From Azolla caroliniana (Eukaryota > Plantae > Polypodiophyta): a stretch of 64,000 nt of DNA. Shown here piece after piece: positions 14,501 to 25,977 of the stretch. The position numbers were made by a program, and so were the translations under genes. How positions within the stretch are numbered: position 1 is the stretch's first letter; each line of letters begins with the position of its first letter. Location: assembly GCA_043228905.1 (NCBI GenBank), contig JBHGNT010000009.1, positions 2,108,001 through 2,172,000 on the forward strand, given 5' to 3'. The notes under the pieces were generated by a model that was not told the DNA's origin, searched no databases, and saw only the letters and a program-made list of their open reading frames with translations.

Positions 14501-14526
14501 CGTAATCATTGAACAGAGTTGACTGA

Positions 14527-14923
14527 TGTTGAGAGACAAGCTCAACATCGGCCGGATCGGTTGAAGAAGCCGAGGACCGGATCGGTTGGGACCAATCGGT
14601 TAGGCCGAGTGCGTAAACCAGGAGGCCATTAGGAAAGATATTCCGTGAGGAATATATTTGGGAGTTAGTGTAGGAGCTCTTAAAGAGCATTGAAGTACGG
14701 TCAGTACTTCGGTCAGTCCTTCGAGGACTTGTATAAAAGTGTTCATGGAACACACATATGTATAGAGTGTGGTGAATAGAGTCTTTAATATAGTTCTTGT
14801 GTTTTCTCTCTCACTCTCTCTGTCTCTCCCGTGTATACTGCGTAAGCTCAAGCAGTCCATTAAACCTGATTGTTCTTCCTTCTGTTTTGTCTTCATACTT
14901 GCTTCCGCACGTTACTTTTTACA
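14527..14923 (+). repeat. 5' LTR of the copia element (397 bp)
   Basis: TGTTGAGAGAC...TTTTTACA. Differs from the 3' LTR by about 8 substitutions (counted by eye) and a 12-bp tandem duplication (cggtcagtcctt). Confidence 0.95.
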
Positions 14924-14995
14924 TGGTATCAGAGCGCGAGGGTTGAGAACCTCTCTACAGCCGACATAGCTTGACGAAGAAGAACAAGAAGAACG

Positions 14996-17900
14996 ATGGA
15001 TAGAGGCATGGCGAGCTCGCTTCCAACAGAGAAGCTCGACAGAACCAACTACGCGTCTTGGTCCTACAAGATGCACCAGTACCTGCTCGGCCACGGCTAC
15101 TGGAGTTATGTCGAAGGAGCTAATGACGCGGCACCCGAATCGACACATAGAGACTTCCCGTCGTGGGAGCAATCGGCGAGCAGGGTATTATATTGCTTCG
15201 CGTCGTGTGTGGGCGAACAACTATTGAGCTATGTTCGGGATGCAAAGACGCCGGAGGGTGCGTGGGAAAATCTGAAGAAGATTTTCGCCGCGAGCACCAC
15301 AACCAGGAAGCTTCAACTCCTACAGGAGTTGAACAAACTACGACAACGCGACTTGTCGGTGGCGGACTATACCTCGAAGATCAAGGATATTTGCGACTCC
15401 CTCGCCTCCATAGAGGTGAACATCGAGGAGAGCGAGATGGTCTAGATCTGTCTCGGAGGTTTGGCGTCGAAGTTCAGAGCGTTCCGAACAGTTGTGTGTA
15501 CCTGGGAGAATACGCCGTCCTTTTTCGACTTACAGTCAATGCTCCCGGTAGAGGAGAACCACGTGGGTGCGTCTACAAGCACGCACACCGACAACAGAAT
15601 GTTGTACACGGAGGGAGTTAGGCCCCGTGGACGTGGAGGACGAGGCGAGTCGGCGCGCAATGGAGGCGGCCGACGAGATCAAGGAAGAAGGCACCGAAGT
15701 GATGCCGACAGCAACTCCGGACCCTCCGGAAACAGGGGGAGTCGAAGCGATGAGAACCGGCAAGGGAAGGCCATCGCGGAGTGCTGGTACTGTGGCAAGA
15801 AAGGCCACAGGGAAAGTGAGTGCTGGAAGAAGCGCGCCGACTCGGAGAGAACCGGTTCCGGAAACGGCTCCGGACATACCGACAAGGGAAATCGGCAACG
15901 ATCACACTATGCCGAAGTCTCCGGGAGAGCCGGAGAAGGGTCTGTCTTCGTGACGAGACACGAAGCAAACTCAATGAAATAGAACACCCCGAGATCGGAC
16001 GAGGTGTGGTACGTAGACTCCGGCGTGTCAAACCACATGACGAGCCATAAGGAGTGGTTCTCGTACCTTGAAAAACCGATACAACCTGGAGTAGTCGCAA
16101 CTGGAGACGACACTCCGCATCCGATCGCGAATGTCGGAGAAGTTCCCCTTAGCCATGTCGGGCAGAAAGGGAAACTCATGAACGTGCTGCATGTTCCGAC
16201 AATCACGAAGAACTTGGTCTCGGTCGGACAGATCGTCGACCAAGGGATGGAAGTTCGGTTTATACACCTCAGGTGCTTCATTGAGGAAGAAGGCCGTGTG
16301 ATTGCGCAAGGGCGCAGAGACGGGAGGATGTTCATCCTCGATTCCACTAACGGCGGCACTGCAATGTTCGCGAAGGGACAAAAATCCGAGTCGGACATCG
16401 ACTTGTGGCACAAGCGGATTGGCCACGTCAACTACCAACGGCTTCAAGATTTGCAATCGAAACAGGTAGTGTTAGGATTGCCCAAATTTAGTGGCCGAAA
16501 GGCACAAATTTGTGAAGCCTGCCAGCTCGGGAAGCAACACCGACTTCCTTTCCCCAATGAGCGAAACCGGAGCCGGAACAAGCTCGACCTTATACACTCC
16601 GATGTATGGGGGCCGGCACAAAACGTTAGTCTTGGCGGGAGCCGATATTTCGTCTCCTTCATCGACGACCACACGCGACACACGTGGATCTACCTCATTG
16701 AGAGGAAGAGCGAAGTCTTCGACTGTTTCCGGGACCTCAAAGGGTTCGTGGAAACGAAAACGGGACGAAAGATCCAGTGCCTGCGGTCGGATGGCGGGAA
16801 AGAGTACTTTTCTGGTCAATTCAACGGTTATCTACAACAAATGGGAATTCGGCGCGAATTCAGTTGTAGATACACGCCAGAGCAGAACGGCGTGGCCGAG
16901 AGGAAGAATCGGTCGATTGTGGAAGCGGCACGAGCAATGCTGGAGGAGAAGAGCTTGCACAAGTTCTACTGGACCGAGGCGGTAAGGACTGCGGTATACA
17001 TCCAGAACCGGATCAGAGACAAAGTGTCGGCGCACGAGCTATATTTCGGAACGAAGCCGAACTTGCGACACTTGAGGGTGTTCGGTAGCATTGCGTATGT
17101 GCATGTACCGAAGGAGAAAAGGAGGAAGCTAGACGCAAAGGCCGAGAAATGCATCTTGGTCGGTTACTCGGACGAGCAGAAGGGTTATAAGTGCTATAAC
17201 CCTCGCACCAAACAAGCACGTGTCAGCCGTGACGTTGTGTTTGACGAGTCCGCGTCCTGGTACCAGCCCCCGACTTCGAACCCCGACTCCAATCCGAGCT
17301 TTGACGATGAGGTCAGAGAGGCTGAGATGCCTCCGAATGAGCCCGAAATCGAGACCCACGAAGAGAGTCCGATTTCACTCCGTTTAAGTGGACCGATTGG
17401 ACGACTGAGTCAGTACGACCAGTCCGATGAAGAGCCGGCGAGTAGTGGGGACTCGGCCGTGCATTCCCCGCACAGGAAGCCGAGGAGACGGCTTACGCGC
17501 AAAGAGAATGGGAAGAAGAAGGTGTCGAATTCCGGCACGGATAGGAACGAGTCAGACTGACGCGAGTCCGACTCTGAGGGAACCGGTGACGGGTCTTTAA
17601 AGGTGAAGTCCGCGTCGACCGAGAAGGCCTCGACATCGGCTAATGCTAGATTACGCCGATCTACCCGCCAGAAGAACCCTGTTTTGCGGTTCGGATACAA
17701 CGAGTACATGGCGCATCATTATGCGTACATGACTCGTGTAGCGGAAGTGCGTGAGCCGGAGAGCTACGCAGAAGCGGCTAAAGACGCGAATTGGCGTGCC
17801 GCGATGGAGGAAGAGATGCACGCATTGGCGGAGAACGAGACCTGGGACCTGGTTGATGCCCCAAGAGGGGTAAAACCGATCGAGTGTAGATGGGTGTACA

Positions 17901-19813
17901 AAGTCAAGTACAACACCGATGGCTCGATCAACCGGTACAAGGCTCGTCTAGTGGCAAAGGGCTATGCGCAGAAACACGGCATCGACTACGATGAGACGTT
18001 TGCGCCGGTCGCGAAAATGACGACCGTCCGTGTTTTGCTCGCAGTAGCCGCGACCAAGGGGTGACACCTACATCAGATGGATGTAAAGAATGCGTTCCTG
18101 CAAGGTGACCTTGAGGAATGGGTGTACATGGTACAGCCCCCCGGATTTCACTCCGGAACGAACTCCTCGGCAGTATGCCGACTAAAGAAGTCCCTTTACG
18201 GACTGAAGCAAGCCCCGCGTGCCTGGAACGCGAAGATCACGCAACAACTACGTCGGATGGGCTTCGTCACGTCAAAATCGGACTCTTCCCTGTTCATCCG
18301 GAAAGGTCGACTCGGACCGGTTAGTATTTTACTATATGTTGATGACTTGGTCATCACTGGCACCGACCTAGGTGAAATCGACCGCGTGAAGCTCCAGCTT
18401 GCGGCATCGTTCAACATGAAGGATCTGGGGGACCTTCATTACTTCCTCGGGATCGAAGTGATCCGTATCCCCGAAGGCATATTGATCAGCCAACGTCATT
18501 ACGTGCTGAGTATGCTCTTCAAATTCGGGATGGCCGACTGTAAGTCCGTCTCGATTCCTCTGGACAGAACCGTCAAGCTTCGTCCCGATACGGGAAAGGT
18601 ATGCGACCCGACGAGGTTCCAACAAATTGTCGGAAGCCTCATATACTTGACCATCACCCGACCCGACCTCAGTTATCCGGTCGGAGTGATCAGTCAGTTC
18701 ATGGCGCGACCTACCGAGGAGCACCTTCAGTGTGCGCAACGCATACTTCGGTATGTCAACGGCACTAAGGACCGGGGACTGCTATATCGGACCGGTGCAG
18801 TCGCGCAGTTAGTCGGCTACACCGATGCTGATTGGGCTGGCAACGCCGTCGATCGCCGATCCACGTTTGGATACGCGTTCTCCCTCGGGAGTGCCGCGAT
18901 CGCGTGGAGCAGTAAGAAGCAGCCGATAGTTGCACTGTCGAGCACCGAAGCTGAGTACCGAGGAGCGGCTGTCGCAACATGCGAAGCCATATGGTTGAAG
19001 CGGCTACTTAAGGACCTGCAAGAGGAGGTGTCCGATCCAACAACGATCTACTGCGACAACCTCAGCAGCATCCAACTCGCGAAGAACCCCGTCTTCCACG
19101 CACGGACCAAGCACATTGAGGTGCACTACCATTTCGTCCGTGAGCATGTCCTTTCCGGTGAAGTCGAACTTCAGTACGTTCCGACAGATCGGCAGACTGC
19201 CGACATCTTCACCAAGCCTCTTGGTCTGGACAAGTTGCGGCAATTCTCAGGTGCGCTCGGATTGCGTCACCTCGACGTGCCAAACTTGAGGGGGAGAGCA
19301 ATCCCAAGGCAACAGGAAAGGAGCGGAGACCGCGACACCACCGAGTCGGTTGACGAGTTCGACTTCGGATCGGCTGAAGAAGCCGAGGGCGGACCCACGG
19401 AAAAGTTCGGAAGAGGACAGAAGGGGAGCAACCGAAGGAGAGAGCCGAAGCCAACCACGCATGGGGAAGATGATGCCATCGAGGGCGAGAAGACCGAAGA
19501 CGAGTTGGAGACAGCCAACTCGGACAGGAGCGAAAACCGATCGGAGGTAGCCGAGTCGGATTGGATGTTTGATTCAGATACGCTGAATCAACCGAGGCCC
19601 AAGCGGAAGAAAAGGCAGCAGGAGAAGCGTCAACACCGCAACAACAGAAGAGCTGATAAGGGCCGCATGAGCAGACAAGCCGACCGGAAGGGTCGAAGCG
19701 CGCGGAGTCGAACAGGTCGAGGAGCGCGAGCGAGGCGTGAAGCCAGGAGGAACCGGAGCTGTGAGCCCGAGGATCCCGAAGAGCCTCGAGTTGAGCTTGA
19801 GGGGGAGTGTTGA
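14996..19813 (+). pseudogene. Copia gag-pol polyprotein (~1605 codons) with four in-frame premature stops
   Basis: ORFs 14996, 15461, 16004, 17603 and 18077 are all in one frame, with stops at 15443, 15980, 17558 and 18062. Motifs: zinc knuckle CWYCGKKGHRESEC; protease WYVDSG; pre-integrase LWHKRIGH..CEAC; integrase HSDVWGP / RSDGGKEY / NGVAERKNR / GYSDEQKGY; RT YVDDL; RNase H DADWAG / TEAEY / ADIFTKPL. Confidence 0.95.
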
Positions 19814-20192
19814 GAGACAAGCTCAACATCGGTCGGATCGGCTGAAGAAGCCGAGGACCGGATCGGTTGGGACCGATCGGTTAGGCCGAGTGAGTAAACC
19901 AGGAGGCCGTTAGGAAAGATATTCCGTGAGGAATATATTTGGGAGTTAGTGTAGGAGCTCTTAAAGAGCATTGAAGTACGGTCAGTACTTCGAGGACTTG
20001 TATAAAAGTGTTCATGGAACACACATATGTATAGAGTGTGGTGAATAGAGTCTTTAATATAGTTCTTGTGTTTTCTCTCTCACTCTCTCTGTCTCTCCCG
20101 TGTATACTGCATAAGCTCAAGCTGTCCATTAAACCTGATTGTTCTTCCTTCTGTTCTGTCTTCATACTTGCTTCCGCACGTTACTTTTTACA
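19808..20192 (+). repeat. 3' LTR of the copia element (385 bp)
   Basis: Near-identical direct repeat of 14527-14923, preceded by the PPT and followed by TSD ACTGA. Confidence 0.95.
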
Positions 20193-22574
20193 ACTGACGG
20201 TCCCCAATCTCCAGCCACAATCCCATTGATAGAACGACTCTGTAAGTCAGTTGTTCGACCCTTTGTGTTTGTAGATCAAGTCAACACAATATTTTGGCAT
20301 GCCCGGTGGGACAGTGCCTTGCATAGATGAACCCACAGGGTGTAAATAACTTCAACATTGGTCCTTGGACCGGAACTCAATCAATCGAAACTCCCTCGGT
20401 CTTCTCCTATCTCATCGGTCAAAACTCCCTCAACCAGAACACATGTAACACGAACCCCTCGTTCGGTCGGCACATCTCGTAACATTGTAACTTTGATAAT
20501 CTATTTTAGGTCTTAAAATGATGTTTTGTGTATGTGCATGTGTTTTTGCTTTTAATTCATGTGAGTTTTGGGAATTTTGTCGATGCCCTTCGATTATTGA
20601 AACTCTATTAGTTACCCTTGGTTGTATGCCCTCTGATTTTCTGAAATTCTTTTGGTGCCCTTTGGTTTTTAAAATTACTCGCATGCCCCTCTCTTTTTCT
20701 TCCTCTTCTCCTCCTTCTGCCATTTTGTTCGTGTTGTTTTTTTCTTCTGTCTCTTTCTCTGTTTTGGTTGCTCTTAATGAATAATTGTTTGTGAATTCAT
20801 AACTAGAATGCCTGTGGAAGGTGTGAGTGAAGAAGTGTCAGGTTATAGATATCATCCCACACCTTTGGAAGCTTCTAAACTCCACCATAGCCGACCCTGC
20901 TCTCTCACTCTGTCTTTCACCTCATTCAATGTTTGTGTATCTTCCATAGTCCCTTCGACCGTGAAATTGTACAGATCTACCATTCTCACTCTCATGTTCT
21001 TCCTTGAGAGTGAGATGTTCCACGCCTCTTTCTTCTTCTTCTGCTATGGATCATGTTGATGTTTCTGCTGTTTTTTGAGGAGAAATTCTCGTCTTCTTCA
21101 TTATCATAATCATCATCATCTTCATCCTGGTAAAGAAGATTCTCTAGAGGTGAGACAGGGATGTTTTGATACAAGTTTCTACTACTTCTCATGTATTAGC
21201 CGGTGGGATGGACCAAGCTAGCCAAAGTATGTATTATGTAGGTCGACAAACTAGTATAATGATAGTCGAAATAGTAGAGTAGTAATCGTAGTCATGGTCG
21301 TAGTCGTAGCCGATGAATGTGAAAGGAGATAGTCGAAAATTATTATCGCCAAGTAGAAAAAATAGGACAACTAGTTGTAATTGTAGGTTCTTGTTGAATG
21401 GCAATTGTATTTTCTTGGTAAAGTCTATCAAGTTGCCTATAAAGAAGGGGCCGCGAGCATTGTAATTGGATCAGTCTGTATTGCTATAAGTTTAATATAA
21501 TTTTTGTTAGTTAAGAGTATATTTTGTGTTGAACTACCATTCAGAATTTCTCTGACTCAGAATACATGTAGCTAACAATCAATCATAATAATATATGGTA
21601 ATTCAGTGTGTGTTATGTTTAATTGTGTTTAAGCAATCATTGAGCAGAGTCGGATGACCCCAATCTCCAACCACAATCCCATTGACAAAACGACTTTGTA
21701 AGTAAGTCGTTCGACCCTTTGTATCTGTCAACCAGAACAATAGCAACTAAAAGCCCAAAGCTCGAGGATTGAGTTCAAGTGTTCAAACAATTATGCTCTT
21801 CACCCTTACTTTTTTTATTTGAACTCATTGTGAGTGTAGTGTCACGTATCAATGAATCGGTAAAACCACATACAAAATTCACAATTTTTTATGATTGATA
21901 TAGATTATTCTATTAAATTAAGATCATAAAGAGTGGCTATAAAATCCACCAGGTATAAACATTTTGAACAATGGTGAGTTAGATGGATGGAGCACATTCG
22001 ATTGGATTGAAATTTTAATCATGAGTTGTTGAATTCATTCTCCTCCAATTATCGAACTTGATAAAGTCAAGAGTCCAAAAATTAAGATAATCTAAACCTT
22101 AACCTCAATATTTCCCAAACTGCAAGCTTCCAAAATGAAGAAGAAGAATGAAGAAGAAGAAGAAGAAGGAACCAAAACATTCTTGAAGTGAGAAATCAAT
22201 TTTTTTGAGTTAGGCCTTGTTTTATAAGCTTGTGTTTCTTTTTCTCCCTTGCCAAACATAGTGGGTGTTTTTTATGCATGCATGGAATGTAGTTCAATGT
22301 ATCTAGTTGAAGTTTAACAATGAAACTTCCATAAGGTAAATTTGATATCTTTTGCGTAGGTTAGATTTGGACCAATAACTTTTTTCACAATCATTCACCT
22401 AATGCCTTTTGTTGTATACTCTGATACTTATGGATTAATGCCTTTTGGCATGACATGGAGCTCATTCATCATGACATGGACCAATGCAACGTGGAACTTG
22501 TTCAAGGTAACATAGATCGGAGAAACATAGACATCGATCGACATATTTAGCCCAATGGTTTAGTCAACAAGCAC

Positions 22575-23630
22575 AAACCCAATGATTCATCTAGAGATGG
22601 AATCAATGACATGATTCAAAAGTCAAGCACATGATCTATGTCTGACTTGATGGCACAATTTATAGTTCTTCGAATAGTGCTACATGAAAAAAGCTACTTG
22701 GTTGCTCAATCTAAATCAACACAATGTGCTCAACTATCATAGTTCACTCTACCCCCACTTGACTCAACGAAAGGTGAAGAAATTGTACCGAGATAATGAA
22801 GAGGTAACCCAATGATTCATCAAGAGATGGAATCAATAACAAGACTGAAAAGTCAATTACATTATCTATGGCCGATGCCACAATTGATAGTTCTTAGACT
22901 AGTGCTACATGAACTAAGCAACTTGGTTGCTCGATTGGCACAATGTGCTTAACTATCGTAGTTCACTTAACCCCCATTTGACTCAACAAAAGGTGAAGCA
23001 GTTGTACCTATGTGACAATAACTCCTCCATATACGCAAATCTCACTAAATGACATCACAAAAGAATGAGACTCAACACAAAAAAGATAAGAAAAATTTCA
23101 GAATAACAAGACTCAAAAGTCAAGCGCATGATCTATGGTCGATGCCACAATTGAAAATTCTTCAACTAGTGCTACATGAACAAAGCAACTTGGTTGTTCG
23201 ATTGTCAAAATGGGCTCAAGTATCGTAGTTCACTCAACCCCCATTTGACTCAACAAAAGGTGAAGAAGTTGTACCTATGTGACAATAACTCCTCCATATA
23301 CACAAATCTCACTAAATGACATCACAAAAGAATGACACTCAACACAAAAAAGATAAGAAAAAATTCAGAATAACAAGACTCAAAAGTCAAGTACATGATT
23401 ATGGCCGACGCTACAATTGACAGTTCTTCGACTAGTGCTACATGAACAAAGCAACTTGATTGCTCGATTGGCACAATGTGCTCAACTATTGTAGTTCACA
23501 CAACCCCCACTTGACTCAACAAAAGGTGAAGAAGTTGTACTTATGTGACAATAAGTCCTCCATATATGCAAATCTCACTAAACGACATCACAAAAGAATG
23601 ACACTCAACACAAATAAGATAAGAAAATCT
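22575..23630. repeat. Tandem repeat, ~4 copies of a ~230-268-bp unit
   Basis: The motif aat(a/g)aca(a/t)ga(c/t)t(c/g)aaaagtcaa...tagtgctacatgaa...ttgactcaac(a/g)aaaggtgaag recurs at ~22604, 22834, 23102 and 23369. Confidence 0.85.
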
Positions 23631-24947
23631 TCGGTGATCAATAAATATGTTGCATTGAATTACTGAAAAAACTTTTCTACATAGGTAAACCACACTCACC
23701 GATGCATGTTCAAGCCCATCTCTTTGTCCACAATCTATATTATTCCTTCCATGAAACTTGGATTACATTCTCTTCAATATTAGATGGGTGGTTGGGGTAC
23801 ATTTGAGGAGATTCCTCAGTTATGCATATTTCGCCACAAACAAGTTTGTCAGTCCAAGTGTCACTCTTTGATATAATGCCTTGGTTTTGGTTTTGGGTTT
23901 TATACATTGTCAATATGGTAGAATCCCTAATGAACGCTTTGAGAGTCACAAATTTCACTCTTACTTCGTTCTTCAGAAAATGTCTTAAGTGTTAAACACT
24001 ACTTGATGAAAATCTTTGGCCCTCCCAAAATTATAATAAGATCTCTCTATGCATAAATAACTTTTCCTAAGCTAATAAAGGAAATGTAACTTGGACAACT
24101 TTATGTAACAAATCAATAAACCACAAAGAACAAATAAAGAAGAGCTTTATGTGCATGCAAGAGGGGAGGAATTGTGGATGAAGTTTATAAAATAATAAAG
24201 GAGGGACAAGTGAGTTTCTTAATGGAATTTAGCATAACAATATTATAAAAAATAGACCTTCGGATTTATATAGACATACATGTTGATGCAAATTTTGCTA
24301 CAAGATGAGTAGGTGTTGCATTGCATTCATAGGGCAAATTTATAGTTTTCATTCTTTGTGTTGTGGAAAATATGCATTGTCAATGAACACATTGTTGTGT
24401 GTATAAATTAACAAGCTTTACTAATATAACATCGTGTTTAGACATTTAGGTCTTAGAATTTTTGCCAGCCAGAAGACATAATGTGGGAGGTCTAAAATCT
24501 CCTTATGAAGGTGTTGCAATGTATTCATGGGGCAAATTTATGGTTTTCATTCTTTGTATTGCAGAAAATGTGCCATTGTCAAAAAACAAATTAAAACCTG
24601 AAATTACAAGGAGCTTTACTATTGCGTGTTTAGAAATTTATGTTTTAGAAGTTTTGAGACCTACAAGACATTATGTGGGAGGTCAACAATCGCCTTCATA
24701 TCTTAAATCTCTGATATAATTTGTTATCATGGTGTCACTGTTGCTACTAGTATGTTGTTAGTAGTAGTTACCATGATTATCTAGGCCTCAACCTAATTAG
24801 GTCTCATCTTCGTTAAATAATTGTGCTCTAGTCTCAAGTTTGAGAAATATGTTTAATAATTTCCCTATATGATGTCACTCACCAAAATCATTACACCCAA
24901 ATTTCACACCTCTATTACTGCATACATATTCTCTTGATTTATTATAT

Positions 24948-25020
24948 CCCATTGTGGAATATAGGTGTTGAATCCATGACTTTCTAGTCTCTAATGGATA
25001 ACCTTACGAACTGAGCCACA
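24948..25020 (-). mobile_element. Degenerate tRNA-like SINE head
   Basis: Minus strand reads tgtggctcagttcgtaagg...gtcatggattcaacacc: A-box-like TGGCTCAGTTCGTA and B-box-like GGATTCAACACC at tRNA-like spacing. No convincing cloverleaf. Confidence 0.4.
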
Positions 25021-25977
25021 TTCTCTCTCTCTCAATTTTTTTTTAATTTAATTTAATTTATACCCCATTTTTGTTGTAAATCAATTGTCACATGGGCCAA
25101 ATTTGGCCTTAGAAGACGTTAATATCTCTCTCTCTCTCTCTCCCTCCTGTACATGTTCAAATCTCACTAATTGTACTAATTTAGCTGAACAAATGGAAAG
25201 CACCATAGTATGAACCATACGCGCATTCCCATTCAAGAATGTTTCAATCATTTGAGTGTGGTAAACACCCTCAAAGTATGGCAAATACCATACTTTTGTA
25301 TTCATTATTTATTATAAGGTAATTTTATTTTTAGGTAAGAAAGTTAAAAGTGGATAAAAAAGACATAAGAATGTTTTGATAACATACGCATTCGTATGAA
25401 AAAAGAATGTTTCCCAATGCATTCGAGTATATTACATAATATGGAAAGCACCATCTTAATTGTATAGATTGAACGCATGTCATTTTGGTCTTCACCGAAC
25501 AACCATATATACTAACTAATTGGTCAAACATCTCCATTAATATGTGCTTGGACTAGGAATAATACAAAACAATGACACGTCTAAGCTAAGCCAAAAGGTT
25601 AATAACAAAAAATAAACAAAACTAAATCAAGTCATGTTATTATACCATGCAATAGATACTCTGTTTCCTCATCCACAATTGGTTCCAAACACTTTACAAA
25701 TTCCTTTTTTATCATATAACAATCATGCCAAATGTGCTCAATCTCAAAATCTTATCCCACTTGAAGATTACGAGACCTAAGTCCAAATGAGAGAAGGTCC
25801 ATTGTGTTAAAACCATGGTCCATGGTGTGCATCACCAACCATATGACCACATAATATACAAACAAACCTAAGTAATTTTGTTCAATGAGTACAAAATGGA
25901 AACTTCCAAGTATAATGCCTCAATTAAATGGGTTGTATGAGATGACATAATACAACCTTGGGAATCCCATGAGGATC

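Larger units (their letters stand above)
14527..20192 (+). mobile_element. Full-length Ty1/copia LTR retrotransposon
   Basis: TG...CA LTRs at 14527-14923 and 19808-20192, TSD ACTGA (14522-14526, 20193-20197), tRNA-iMet PBS TGGTATCAGAGC (14924-14935), PPT GAGGGGGAG before 19808, domain order gag-PR-IN-RT-RH. Confidence 0.97.
14100..21742 (+). mobile_element. Older non-autonomous or internally deleted LTR retroelement (outer element, TRIM-like size), interrupted by the copia insertion
   Basis: 5' LTR = 14100-14526 plus 20198-~20286 (starts TGTTAGCC). 3' LTR = 21194-21742 (TATTAGCC...ACAATA), clearly homologous. 5-bp TSD GCAAC at 14095-14099 and 21743-21747. PBS-like TGGCATGCCCGGTGGGAC at 20295-20312. 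About 0.9 kb of internal sequence with no gag/pol. Confidence 0.75.

Noticed and set aside
15120-19829. Long antisense and alternate-frame ORFs inside the copia element (e.g. 19209-19829, 15907-16431)
   Set aside because: Expected shadows of GC-rich pol sequence; no domain motifs and no env-like transmembrane ORF recognised.
22575-23630. Regularly spaced repeats considered as a CRISPR-like array
   Set aside because: Whole ~267-bp units repeat with no unique spacers; eukaryotic context and no cas genes.
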